Assembly: GCA_964650165.1 (NCBI GenBank) | Contig: CAZYQF010000002.1 | Coordinates: 1 to 49,785 of the forward strand | Source: an uncultured Lentisphaeraceae bacterium | GTDB lineage: Bacteria; Verrucomicrobiota; Kiritimatiellia; RFP12; UBA1067 | DNA length: 49,785 nt | Reading direction: 5' to 3' | Part shown: piece after piece, positions 1 through 8,826 of the stretch | Numbering within the stretch: position 1 is the stretch's first letter | How the letters are laid out: the number at the start of each line of letters is the position of its first letter | Made by a program: the position numbers and the translations under genes | The notes under the pieces: model-generated | Databases searched by the model: none | Told to the model about the DNA's origin: nothing | Seen by the model: only the letters and a program-made list of their open reading frames with translations

Positions 1-100
1 CGTCCGGATACTCGAACGTCGCCCAGTCAGCTTCCTTGACCGCGCCGAAAAGTCCGCCGGCCGCCAATGCGGACATCCCTAACAGCAGTATGCGTTTCAT
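1..100 (-). CDS. N-terminal fragment of a secreted protein (runs off the left edge)
   Basis: ATG at 98-100 (minus) followed by MKRILLLGMSALAAGGLFGAVKEADWATFEYPD, a signal-peptide-like start. The ORF stays open to position 1. It is missing from the ORF track because it is truncated. Confidence 0.45.
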   Translation of the reverse strand, partial: MKRILLLGMSALAAGGLFGAVKEADWATFEYPD

Positions 101-107
101 GTTCCGG

Positions 108-117
108 ATTATATCAA
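108..117 (-). promoter_or_regulatory. Extended -10 promoter TTGATATAAT, 7 nt upstream of the ATG at 100 (leaderless candidate)
   Basis: Minus strand reads GTTTTGATATAATCCGGAAC-ATG. There is no SD sequence. The same motif and spacing recur at 14780, 19179, 46896 and 49564. Confidence 0.55.
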
Positions 118-134
118 AACCGCCCGCTCCTGAA

Positions 135-152
135 ATTACTCAAACGAGTAAT
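135..152 (-). terminator. Weak hairpin downstream of mutY (ATTACTC-n4-GAGTAAT)
   Basis: A 7-bp AT-rich inverted repeat lies 9 nt after the mutY stop. There is no strong T-tract, so terminator function is uncertain. Confidence 0.3.
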
Positions 153-160
153 GTCCGCGC

Positions 161-1129
161 TCAGCGGCCGTCCAGGAGTCCGCACGAGACCAGCATTTTG
201 CGCGTCGCGGTGGCGAGAGGCACGCGCCGCGGATCGTGAAACGCGGCATCCGTGCGGACGGCGCGCGTCGCGTTGAGCTCGAGCTTGAAATGCGAGAAGA
301 CGTGGACGAGTCCGCCGGCCGCGGAAACCGCAGGCAGCTCCCACAGACCCTTCAGGAGTCCACCCTCCGTGTTCTGCACGAGCAGGACGCGCCCTTCCGC
401 GTCCGACACAATGACAACGTCCTCCTTGCGGACCGGCACCGGCCGGCGCTCGGTACGGACCGGATACGCGTCCTGCGTCCCATTCTTCTTCGCCGCGCAG
501 AGCTTCGCGAGCGGACAGGACTCGCACGACGGACTCTTCGGCGTGCAGACGAGCGCGCCGAGCTCCATCATCGCCTGGTTGAAGTCCCCGGGGACACGCG
601 ACCGCTCGATCTCGGACTGGAGCTTCGCTGCGAGCTTTTCACGCGCAGGAAGTTTCTTGAAATCCCCGTCGAGTTCCCAGACTCGGGCGAAGACACGGGC
701 GACATTGCCGTCCACGACGGGGATCCGTTCGCCGTTCAGCACGCTCGCGAGCGCCGCGGCCGTGTAGGGTCCGACTCCGGGAACCTTCGACCACTCGTCT
801 GCGGACGTCGGCCAGACGGCCCTGCCCGAAGCGACGACCGCCTGCGCGGCCTTGTGCAGGTTGCGCGCACGGGCGTAGTAGCCAAGCCCTTCCCAGGCCT
901 TGAGAACTGAGGACTCCTCCGCGGCGGCGAGGGCTGCAACCGTCGGAAAGAGCTTCAGGAAGCGCGTGTAGTACGGCAGGACGGACGCGTAGGTCGTCTG
1001 CTGCATCATGATTTCGCTGAGCCAGCAGGCGTAGGGCGTCGGATCCGTCCGCCACGGCATCGGACGCTTCACCGCGGCAAACCACATCTCGAGAGGTTCG
1101 GCGAATTTTCCCTGCGCGCGCTTCTTCAC
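161..1129 (-). CDS. mutY: A/G-specific adenine DNA glycosylase MutY
   Basis: HhH-GPD core (WLSEIMMQQTTYASVLPYYTRFLKLFPT, GLGYYARARNL, VPGVGPYTAAA). Fe-S cluster motif CTPKSPSCESCPLAKLC. C-terminal NUDIX-like domain. Start placed at GTG 1129, which overlaps the upstream TGA (GTGA). The track ORF start at 1432 lies inside the upstream gene. Confidence 0.85.
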   Translation of the reverse strand: MKKRAQGKFAEPLEMWFAAVKRPMPWRTDPTPYACWLSEIMMQQTTYASVLPYYTRFLKLFPTVAALAAAEESSVLKAWEGLGYYARARNLHKAAQAVVASGRAVWPTSADEWSKVPGVGPYTAAALASVLNGERIPVVDGNVARVFARVWELDGDFKKLPAREKLAAKLQSEIERSRVPGDFNQAMMELGALVCTPKSPSCESCPLAKLCAAKKNGTQDAYPVRTERRPVPVRKEDVVIVSDAEGRVLLVQNTEGGLLKGLWELPAVSAAGGLVHVFSHFKLELNATRAVRTDAAFHDPRRVPLATATRKMLVSCGLLDGR

Positions 1130-3612
1130 TTGACGAACCTCACAGGGCCGATCAGTCCGGACGGCACGAGCGGTGAATCTTTCGTGAAATAATTCCAGGT
1201 CGCGAACGCGATCCGCTTCGTCGGACGCTTCTCGCCGCGGACGAACCAGTCGGGAAACTTTGCGAGATAGCGTCCGGTGTTGCCGAGATGTCCGACCTTC
1301 CATTCGCAGTCGTCCGGTTCCTGCTCGTCGCCGATAAAACGGTTCGCCCATGTGTTCGTCACCTCGATCTCGAGCGTATTTTCGCCCTTCGCGAGCACGC
1401 CGTCCGGAATCGTCATGCGAGACGGCGCGCACCAGACGATGCCGAGGTTGCGTCCGTTCAGGCGAACGCGTGCGAGACCGCGGACCGCGCCGAGGTCGAG
1501 TTCATTCGCGAACTGACGACCCTGAACTGTCGTCGCTACGATGATGTCCGGGGCCGGAACCGTAAACGTCGTGCGATAGACGGCCGTGCCGCTGTAATAG
1601 CGGATGCCGGCGACCGCATTCGACGTCCAATCGGTCAGGTTCTTGAATTCAACGGGCTCGGCAGGTCCGCCGAGCGACGGATCGAACGCAACCGTCCACG
1701 GATTTTCAATGCGGAGAACCTCTTCCTGGACCAGGAAATCCACACGCGCGGACTGTCCGGACGGCTCGACGCAGGGGCGGCGGAAGACGATGAAAAAGCT
1801 CTGCCCGTCCGCAAAAGCGAGCGGCACGCGGACTCCGTGCGCAAGCGGAGCGAATCCGGCGATGTCGCGGATTTCTCCCGTCACGGGATTCCAGAGCTCC
1901 GGCTGCAGGTCCTTCACAGGAAAGACGACGTCGGCGAGGCCGAACGATCCGCGCGGCACGGCGACGAACCAGAGCGAAACGTCTCCGCTTTTGCGTCCGA
2001 TCGCACGCGGCGTGCATCCGGGGGCCGCTTTCACGACTTTGATTTCCTGCGCATTCGATTCGCCCCACTGGAGAAGCGCCTGGCAGCGCGAGAGATAGTC
2101 GAACCAGGCCTTGCCGGGCTTCCACCAGGTCTGCGTGCGGCCGAAGTGCGTGCCCCACTGCCCCATCGTCATGCCGGGGCGGACGCCCTCCGCCCACGGC
2201 TGAAGCGGGTTCGTGTGGAGAACGAGCTTGTTCACGCCGCCGAGGAACGCGGAGTCGCCCGCGGTCTTGAGCGAGGCGGGCGTTTCCGTCCACATCGAGT
2301 TCTGGGGGAGCCCGGTGAAGGCTTCCGCAGAGAGAATGTTGCGGCGCTTTCCGCCGGGCCCGTTGAAGATTCCGTCCTGCGGCCTGAAGCCGAACTTGAT
2401 CTCGGACCAGAACTCGGTCATCGCGCGTTCGACGTACGGCGAGACCTCGCCCGTGGCGAAAGGTCCGCCATAGGGTTCGCAGTCGAAGCGGAGCCCCGCC
2501 TCGCCGAGAACGCGGGCCATCGTCTTGAAGAGATTGTCGCGGTAGAGGTCGGCGATCGTCCGGCGGAAGTCGTTGCGGAAGCGCGCGGTCTCGTCCTCGC
2601 TTCCGACGACACGCCGCGCGGCGAGAACGGGCAGAAACTCGCGAAGGGAGTAACCGCGGCGCGTCTGGAATTCAGCGGCCATCGCAGGCGTCCACGAGGG
2701 CGTGCCGGCCTCGTAGCTGTCGAGCAGGACGTGCGTCAGGCCCGTGCCGACGAGATCGCCGAGATGCTTCTTCATTTCGCCGACGACGCGGTTGAGATGG
2801 AACTCGACCGCCGCCGCGTTCATCTTGTCGCACTCAAGTCCGCGGGCCTCCCACTGGTTCGGCTGCGTCACTGCGCCCATCGCCGTATGCGCGAAGCGGT
2901 AGACCTTCCACGGACCCGCCGGCGGAGTCCACTCGAACGAACCGTCCGCCTGAAGACGGTCGGACAGGTCGAGAATGGCGTCCTTCGGCACGATGCCGTC
3001 CGCCGGGAGCGCCAGGACGGCGATGTCGCGCCAGTCGTTGGTCCGCGCTGGGATCTCGGGCTTCTCGAGGACGCCCTTGTCCTCGTTGACCATCGGAAAC
3101 AGCATGTCGCCGCGCGGATCGATCCTCGGAAGCGAGAGGCGGGCGCGGAACGGCTTGCCGCCCTCGACGGGGGTGCAGGAGCTGAAGATCTGGCGCATTG
3201 CGAATTCCGGCGGAATCCAGGGACCGCCCGTCGACGTGTAGCCGGGGCAGTTGTGGAGTCCGATGCCGACGCCCGTCCGCCGCGCTTCTGCCGCGGCAAA
3301 TCTCAGAAGCTCCCACCAGGGGTCGGTAAACGCGACGAGACCCTGCGTCGGCGAATTCGGAATCGACGCGGCCCACGGCGTGCAGACGTCGGCCATGCCG
3401 AAGACCGTCGCCTCGCCGATGCCGGCGTCGCGAAAGGCTTCGAGATCGCGCGTGATGCCGTCCTTCGTGACGTTGCAGCCCATCCAGTGCCACCAGACGC
3501 CGGGCTTGGCGTCAAACGGCGGATGGCGGAAGACCGTCTCGGGGTCGTCCGCGGCGAAAAGTCCCGCGGACACGGCGACGGCGACGGCGGCTAAAAGAGA
3601 CGAGATCCTCAT
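1126..3612 (-). CDS. Secreted glycoside hydrolase, GH106-like (alpha-L-rhamnosidase-type) with a C-terminal GH2-type sugar-binding-like domain
   Basis: Signal peptide MRISSLLAAVAVAVSAGLFA. N-terminal PGVWWHWMGCNVTKDGITRDLEAFRDAGIG motif, typical of this family as I recall it. C-terminal YYSGTAVYRTTF...RVRLNGRNLG block. Start at ATG 3612, 1 nt after the upstream stop. Confidence 0.7.
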   Translation of the reverse strand: MRISSLLAAVAVAVSAGLFAADDPETVFRHPPFDAKPGVWWHWMGCNVTKDGITRDLEAFRDAGIGEATVFGMADVCTPWAASIPNSPTQGLVAFTDPWWELLRFAAAEARRTGVGIGLHNCPGYTSTGGPWIPPEFAMRQIFSSCTPVEGGKPFRARLSLPRIDPRGDMLFPMVNEDKGVLEKPEIPARTNDWRDIAVLALPADGIVPKDAILDLSDRLQADGSFEWTPPAGPWKVYRFAHTAMGAVTQPNQWEARGLECDKMNAAAVEFHLNRVVGEMKKHLGDLVGTGLTHVLLDSYEAGTPSWTPAMAAEFQTRRGYSLREFLPVLAARRVVGSEDETARFRNDFRRTIADLYRDNLFKTMARVLGEAGLRFDCEPYGGPFATGEVSPYVERAMTEFWSEIKFGFRPQDGIFNGPGGKRRNILSAEAFTGLPQNSMWTETPASLKTAGDSAFLGGVNKLVLHTNPLQPWAEGVRPGMTMGQWGTHFGRTQTWWKPGKAWFDYLSRCQALLQWGESNAQEIKVVKAAPGCTPRAIGRKSGDVSLWFVAVPRGSFGLADVVFPVKDLQPELWNPVTGEIRDIAGFAPLAHGVRVPLAFADGQSFFIVFRRPCVEPSGQSARVDFLVQEEVLRIENPWTVAFDPSLGGPAEPVEFKNLTDWTSNAVAGIRYYSGTAVYRTTFTVPAPDIIVATTVQGRQFANELDLGAVRGLARVRLNGRNLGIVWCAPSRMTIPDGVLAKGENTLEIEVTNTWANRFIGDEQEPDDCEWKVGHLGNTGRYLAKFPDWFVRGEKRPTKRIAFATWNYFTKDSPLVPSGLIGPVRFVK

Positions 3613-3613
3613 C

Positions 3614-5104
3614 TTATTTCGCCTTGTTCGCATTTCTGAAGACGAGCGCATAGACGAGCACGACGGCAAAGGAGATCGCGGGGACGACAAACGAAGCGCG
3701 AAGCGAAATCTGCGTCAACTTGAGATTCGCGTCCCAATCGGAGGAGAAGCCGGGAACGAGCGAGCACCAGACGCTCGACGAGTTCCCGATGATGTCGGCC
3801 ATCCACGGCGTGATGATCGCACCGCCGAGAATCGCCATGATGAGCCCCGACGCGCCGAGCTTGAGCGCCTTCGGATCGAGTCCGCCGAGCGCGATGCCGT
3901 AGATCGTCGGGAACATGAGGGACATGAAGCCCGACATCGCGACGAGGCAGATGATGTTCAGGCTGAACGGCAGCGAGCCGCAGGTGAAAATCACCTGCGT
4001 CGGCAGGTACATGACGCCCGCGCAGCAGACGATCGCGCCCGCGGCGAACACCGCCATCATCGGCGCAGGGGACACGTACTTCATCAGGAACGTCGCGATC
4101 CAGCGAAAGACGATGAACAGCGAGATCGCGACCGTGTAGTAGCTCGCGCCCTGCGCGGGCGTGACTCCGAGCTCCTTCTGGCAGTAGACGTTCAGCCACG
4201 TCCAGGCCGCGATCTGCACGCCGACGTAGAAAAACTGGGCGATCACGCCGCCCCAGTAACGGGGCGTCTTCAGCAGTGTCGCGAGCATCGCGCGGTAGTC
4301 TTTCATGAGAAGGACATAGACCACAGGACCGCCGACGCCGCAGAGCACCCACGCGATCTTATCCATTTCGGGGAAAAGGAAGTAAAGCGCCGTCATCGGG
4401 GCGAGGGAGAAGAAAAGAGCCGTCGCGACGCGCCCCAGCGCCGTCTTCGTCGCACTTGTCTCGCCTTCGCGCTTGAAAAGGAAGAAGAGCCAGATCAGCG
4501 CCGCGGTCGCGCAGAGTCCGACGTAGGGGGCGCAGACCCAGAAGAGCTCCTCGTGAATGATGCAGTTCCGGGCCCCCTCGTCCATCGCCGCGCGCGCCTC
4601 GGCCGTCGCGGGGTTGAGATGGGCGAGGATGAGCTGCTGCGCGAGGACAATGCCGATCATCGAACCGAGCGGATTGAACATCTGGGCGAAGTTGAGCCGC
4701 CGCACGGCGGTTTCCCCGTCGCCGAGCGAGATCACGTAGGGATTGCATGCGGTCTCGAGAAGCGAGCACCCGCCCGCGACGATGAAGATCGCAATGAAGT
4801 AGATGTCGAACGACTGGGCGATGCAGGCGGGAATGTAAAGGAGTGCGCCCGCGATATAGACGCCAAGGCCGATCAGAACGCCTTTCCGGTAGCTGAGCTC
4901 CTCCGCGAGAACCGCGGCGAAAATCGCGAGGACGGCGTAGGCGCCATAGAACGCGACCTGGATGAGCCCCGCCTTGGACTGGTCCATCGTGAAGATGCGC
5001 TGGAAGGCCGGAACAAGATTGTCCGTCATGTTGTTGATCAGGCCCCAGAGCATAAAGCAGCTCACGAGCATGACGAAAATCGACAGGTTCTTCTTCGAGA
5101 TCAT
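3614..5104 (-). CDS. MFS sugar transporter, FucP/GluP (L-fucose:H+ symporter) family
   Basis: About 12 predicted TM segments. N-terminus FMLWGLINNMTDNLVPAFQRIFTMDQSKAGLIQVAFYGAYA is typical of the FucP family. ATG 5104 is preceded by AAAGG. The track start at 5203 lies inside the tRNA. Confidence 0.85.
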   Translation of the reverse strand: MISKKNLSIFVMLVSCFMLWGLINNMTDNLVPAFQRIFTMDQSKAGLIQVAFYGAYAVLAIFAAVLAEELSYRKGVLIGLGVYIAGALLYIPACIAQSFDIYFIAIFIVAGGCSLLETACNPYVISLGDGETAVRRLNFAQMFNPLGSMIGIVLAQQLILAHLNPATAEARAAMDEGARNCIIHEELFWVCAPYVGLCATAALIWLFFLFKREGETSATKTALGRVATALFFSLAPMTALYFLFPEMDKIAWVLCGVGGPVVYVLLMKDYRAMLATLLKTPRYWGGVIAQFFYVGVQIAAWTWLNVYCQKELGVTPAQGASYYTVAISLFIVFRWIATFLMKYVSPAPMMAVFAAGAIVCCAGVMYLPTQVIFTCGSLPFSLNIICLVAMSGFMSLMFPTIYGIALGGLDPKALKLGASGLIMAILGGAIITPWMADIIGNSSSVWCSLVPGFSSDWDANLKLTQISLRASFVVPAISFAVVLVYALVFRNANKAK

Positions 5105-5128
5105 ATCAGGCCTTTCGTTTTCAGAAAC

Positions 5129-5203
5129 TGGTTGTCCCATCTGGAGTCGAACCAGAACTCTGGGTATCAAAAACCCGTGTGCAGCCGCTACACCATGGGA
5201 CAA
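5129..5203 (-). tRNA. tRNA-Gln (anticodon UUG)
   Basis: The 75-nt minus-strand sequence TTGTCCCATGGTGTAGCGGCTGCACACGGGTTTTTGATACCCAGAGTTCTGGTTCGACTCCAGATGGGACAACCA folds as a cloverleaf. It has a 7-bp acceptor stem with the U1-A72 pair typical of bacterial tRNA-Gln, anticodon loop TTTTGAT, a GGTTCGACTCC T-arm and an encoded CCA. Confidence 0.9.
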
Positions 5204-5217
5204 GCGCGAATTTACGT

Positions 5218-5227
5218 ATTATATCAA
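5218..5227 (-). promoter_or_regulatory. Extended -10 promoter TTGATATAAT for tRNA-Gln
   Basis: Minus strand reads AAATTGATATAATACGTAAATTCGCGC followed by the tRNA 5' end. The -10 ends 14 nt before the mature 5' end. Confidence 0.55.
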
Positions 5228-5229
5228 TT

Positions 5230-6057
5230 TCAGACGACCGTGTGAACACTCCAGGCGCGGAGGCCCTTTGCGTTCAGACAGGCGGCGATCTCGTCACCCC
5301 GCGCGGCATCGGGGACGAGGCCGAAGACCGTCGAGCCGCTGCCGCTCATCGACGCGCCGAGAACTCCGGCGGTACGGAGAGATGCGAGCGCATCCGAGAT
5401 TTCGGGATGCATCGCGCAGGCGGGTGCGGTGAGGTCGTTGACAAAGGACGCGGCAATGCGTCCGAGCTCGCCCGAGTCGAGGGCCGAGCGGAGGCTGTCG
5501 AGGACGGACGAATCGTCCGCCGGACGGGCCGGACTCCGCGCGAAGACCGCGGGCGTGGAGACGCTGATGCCGGGATTCGCGAGCACAAAGCTGAGATTTC
5601 CGATCGCGTCTGACGCAAAACGCGTGACGCGCTCGCCTCGACCCTCCATCAGGACCGGACCGCCCGCGACGAGAGAAGGCACGTCCGATCCGACCTGTGC
5701 GGCGATTTCGACGAGTTCGTCGCGCGAAAGCATATGTCCCCAGAGGTCGTTCAGCGCGAGAAGCGTCGCGGCTGCGTCCGCGCTGCCGCCGCCGAGGCCT
5801 CCGCCGGCGGGAATGCGCTTGATGACGGAAATCGCCGCGCCGCATCCGCCGCGCAGACCGAGCAGGACCCGCGCCGCCTTGAGGCAGAGGTCGTCCGGAT
5901 ACGGCACGTCGCTCGAGAGCGAAACCGCGTCCTCGATCTCTATCGTGTCTGAAAGCGACACGGGCACTACGACCGAGCGGAGCGCATGGTAGCCGTCGGT
6001 GCGGACGCCGAAAACTTCGAGCGTCAGGTTAATCTTGGCAAAGGCCTCAATCTTCAT
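5230..6057 (-). CDS. ispE: 4-diphosphocytidyl-2-C-methyl-D-erythritol kinase IspE
   Basis: MKIEAFAKINLTLEV...DGYH N-terminus and GHMP-kinase motif PAGGGLGGGSADAAATL. Start chosen at ATG 6057. In-frame ATGs at 6078 and 6087 lie in the repeat tail of the upstream gene. Confidence 0.9.
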   Translation of the reverse strand: MKIEAFAKINLTLEVFGVRTDGYHALRSVVVPVSLSDTIEIEDAVSLSSDVPYPDDLCLKAARVLLGLRGGCGAAISVIKRIPAGGGLGGGSADAAATLLALNDLWGHMLSRDELVEIAAQVGSDVPSLVAGGPVLMEGRGERVTRFASDAIGNLSFVLANPGISVSTPAVFARSPARPADDSSVLDSLRSALDSGELGRIAASFVNDLTAPACAMHPEISDALASLRTAGVLGASMSGSGSTVFGLVPDAARGDEIAACLNAKGLRAWSVHTVV

Positions 6058-7543
6058 CGTCGCTGTCGTCGTCCGCATCGTCCGCATCGTCCGCGTCGCC
6101 TGTCTCCGTGGTTCTGCCCTGCGTCATCAGGACGATCGCCGCATTGAAAAGGTTGCCGACACCCCTGATCTCGTCGGCGGAAATGCGGACCATGTTGAAG
6201 AACGAATCCGTGTCGGACCAGGCCGCAGAAGCGATCCCGCCCTTGGACTCGACCGCCATCGTGGCCAAGGCGGAGCCCATCGCCGCCCGGCTCTCCTCGG
6301 GCATCTTCGACACGAGCACGGGGACCAGTGCCTTGAAGAGGGACGTGACCGAAACGAACCTGACCTCGTAGGGTTTGAGCGCCGCCGCCTCGGGAAGCGT
6401 TGCCGCGAAACGCTCGGACGCCGGCCAAGCCGACTCGAACCCCTTGATCCCGAACGCGCAGGCGCGCGCGGGGCCCTTCGCCGCGAAGGGCTTGTTCCCC
6501 TCGAGCGCCAGAAGGTCCTTCGCAAGCATCTCGCCGTCGAATTCCCTCTTTTTCGAATCGAGCTCGCCGAGCAGCTTGACGAGCATGGCCATGTCGAAGG
6601 TCAGTCGGTCTCCGCCGGCAACTTTCTCGCGGGTGACGAACGTATCCGGCGCGAGCCCCTGCTTGTCGAGAATCTTAGTCAGCTCGGGCCACAGCGCGTC
6701 GAGATCGGGCGTGAAGTTGCCGCAATCCGGACCCGCGGACTGCACCATGATTCCTGTTTTTCCGGCGAACGCGAGAGGATCTGCCGGAAGCGAGACCTTG
6801 CCGATCTTGGCGAGTTCCGATCCCGCGACGGGGTTGATGCGCATGCGGATGTCAACACCCTTCTCCCCGATCCGCAGTCCGCAGGAGCAGGACGAGACGC
6901 TCTTCACCAGCGCGAGAGCGTGCGGATTGGCGTCCTCGGACCTCTCGAGGGCGGACGCTACGGCATTGATTCCGCTGTCGTTGACGCGTACGCGCACGAC
7001 GTCGCCGTCCATTGGCTTGAGCGCGATGCCGATGTCGGCGAGCGCCGCAGCGGCCTGCTCGGGGCTGTCGCTCGCACCAGCCCACTGGCCGTCCGCGGAG
7101 AAGGCGACGTAGGTGGTGTCGTTTGTCTGGTCTGAATCAATGGTCTTGCGGACAACGGCGAGCCCGTTCGTCTCGAAGGATCCCGAATGCATCTTCATGA
7201 ACTCGGCACGGGACCTGGCCATCGGATACAAGATCGCGTATTCGAGCGACTGGAGCGTGGCGTCTCCAGACTCCTTTGCGGGGAGGGTCCCGCCGTCCAT
7301 GAAAAGAGAGAAGACCATCGACGCGCCCGGGCGCATCGGCCCGAAGATCTTGACCGTCCGCATGTCCGCGACCGACGCCGCGAGCGCAGCCGAGGCCATC
7401 GGGTTTCCGCACATCATGCCCAGCGTGCCGACGGACTGCCCGACGACGGTCATGTCCGCAACCTGCAGCGAGCCCACGCGCTCCCAGGAGGCTGACGCGG
7501 AAAGCGCGAGCGCAGCCGAGAGAACGGCGAGGATCTTCTTCAT
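6047..7543 (-). CDS. Hypothetical secreted protein with a poly-acidic C-terminal tail
   Basis: Signal peptide MKKILAVLSAALALSASA. I recognise no family. The C-terminus is TGDADDADDADDDSDDED. An ATGA overlap links it to the upstream aminotransferase stop. Confidence 0.7.
   Translation of the reverse strand: MKKILAVLSAALALSASASWERVGSLQVADMTVVGQSVGTLGMMCGNPMASAALAASVADMRTVKIFGPMRPGASMVFSLFMDGGTLPAKESGDATLQSLEYAILYPMARSRAEFMKMHSGSFETNGLAVVRKTIDSDQTNDTTYVAFSADGQWAGASDSPEQAAAALADIGIALKPMDGDVVRVRVNDSGINAVASALERSEDANPHALALVKSVSSCSCGLRIGEKGVDIRMRINPVAGSELAKIGKVSLPADPLAFAGKTGIMVQSAGPDCGNFTPDLDALWPELTKILDKQGLAPDTFVTREKVAGGDRLTFDMAMLVKLLGELDSKKREFDGEMLAKDLLALEGNKPFAAKGPARACAFGIKGFESAWPASERFAATLPEAAALKPYEVRFVSVTSLFKALVPVLVSKMPEESRAAMGSALATMAVESKGGIASAAWSDTDSFFNMVRISADEIRGVGNLFNAAIVLMTQGRTTETGDADDADDADDDSDDED
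6058..6098. repeat. 9-bp tandem repeat (TCCGCATCG-like, about 4-5 units) encoding the DAD/DDA acidic tail
   Basis: TCCGCATCG at 6072-6080 and 6081-6089, TCCGCGTCG at 6090-6098, and degenerate units 5' of these. Confidence 0.8.
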
Positions 7544-8826
7544 TTCCTCAAGTCCCTGATTGCGGCGTCAACAGACGCGAACATCTTCTCCAACTTTGCG
7601 ACGGGAATGGTCGAGAAAGCGATGCGGATCAGTCCGGACAGCACGATCGTGCCGACCGAATATTTCTCGATGAGGTGCTTGCGGACCTTCTCCGCGTCGA
7701 CGCCGATCGGCTTCACGCACATGAAGTAGCCTGAGTTGAACGGCATCGTCTCGAAGCTTTCGCCGTACTCCGGGTGGTTCGTGAGTATGACCCGGATCTG
7801 GTGGTAGCGCTTCTTCAGGACCGCGAACTTCTCGCGTTTCTGGCATTTGTAATCGGGATCGGCGAACGCGGCGAGCGCGAGCTGCTGTCCGACCGAGGAG
7901 GCATTGGAAATGCAGGAGCGGACGTTGCCCGCGGCCTTCGCCTCAAGCGCCTTGAGCTGCTCGGCCGTCGCGCCCTTGAACGCGAAGGCGATGAATCCGA
8001 CCCGAAGGCCCCAGACATAATCCTCCTTGGTCGTGCCGTCCAGCTTGACCGCGAGGACGTTCCGGTCGAGATCGGCGAATTCGGCGAAAAACGACTCGTC
8101 GTGAATGTTCTTCTCGTAGACGAGCCCGAAGTAAGCGTCATCGCAGACGACGACAATCTTCTTTCCCTTGCGCGCAGCCGCCTTGACCGCGGCGACGATC
8201 TTCTTCGCGTCCTGAAGGGTCGCGGTGTAGCCAGTCGGGTTGTTCGGGAAGTTGAGAAGGAGGATTTTCTTCGCGCCGGGCCCGAGCAGGGCCTTCTTCA
8301 TCGCGTCCGCGTCGAACGCCCCCTTCTTGAAGGTATTGAAATGAACGGCCTTGCAGCCGACGGCCTCCTGGAAGATGAGCTCGTAGTTGTCCCAGAAGAG
8401 GTCGGGGCAGACCAGCGTGTCCGTCGCTCCCGCGAAAAGCTCCGCGCAGATGCGGATGCCGTGCGTGAGCGCGTGCGTCACCACCGGATTCGAGAAAGTG
8501 CAGCTGGCGAGCGACGGATTCTTCTCGATCTGCATCGCCTTCCACGTCTCGCGGAGCTTGGGAAGACCGAAGCTTCCCTCGTAGAGGAACGCCTTCTTGT
8601 CGAGATTGACGCCCTTCCGGAAGCAGTCCATCACCAAGGGCGAGCCGTCTTCCTCGAAGGCCATTCCGATCGTCGCGTTGATTTCACAGGACTTGGCCTC
8701 CGCGCCCTGTCCAAGAATGCCGCCGTAGGGAAAATACATGCGCTTGCCAGCGGGCGAGAGGAAGGCGGACGCAGGGCCAAGCGTTTTGTTGAGGGCAACA
8801 GCAAGTTTGTTCATGACGACTTTCAT
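7540..8826 (-). CDS. PLP-dependent aminotransferase, class I/II (aspartate aminotransferase-like)
   Basis: Class I/II hallmarks include LLNFPNNPTGYT and overall aspartate-aminotransferase-like architecture. Start at ATG 8826 forms an ATGA overlap with the upstream stop. Confidence 0.85.
   Translation of the reverse strand: MKVVMNKLAVALNKTLGPASAFLSPAGKRMYFPYGGILGQGAEAKSCEINATIGMAFEEDGSPLVMDCFRKGVNLDKKAFLYEGSFGLPKLRETWKAMQIEKNPSLASCTFSNPVVTHALTHGIRICAELFAGATDTLVCPDLFWDNYELIFQEAVGCKAVHFNTFKKGAFDADAMKKALLGPGAKKILLLNFPNNPTGYTATLQDAKKIVAAVKAAARKGKKIVVVCDDAYFGLVYEKNIHDESFFAEFADLDRNVLAVKLDGTTKEDYVWGLRVGFIAFAFKGATAEQLKALEAKAAGNVRSCISNASSVGQQLALAAFADPDYKCQKREKFAVLKKRYHQIRVILTNHPEYGESFETMPFNSGYFMCVKPIGVDAEKVRKHLIEKYSVGTIVLSGLIRIAFSTIPVAKLEKMFASVDAAIRDLRK

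Noticed and set aside
3613-3690. N-terminal extensions implied by the track ORF starts, for example 1126-3690, 3614-5203, 161-1432, 10940-13675, 14749-16071, 23298-26420, 32070-32708, 19629-20753 and 9872-10852.
   Set aside because: The extensions run into the upstream gene or the tRNA and are Arg/Ser/Pro-rich with no homology-like content. In each case an internal ATG or GTG gives the canonical family N-terminus (signal peptide, MKIPLSWL, MNGKLFIIDL and so on), usually with an SD or an ATGA overlap.
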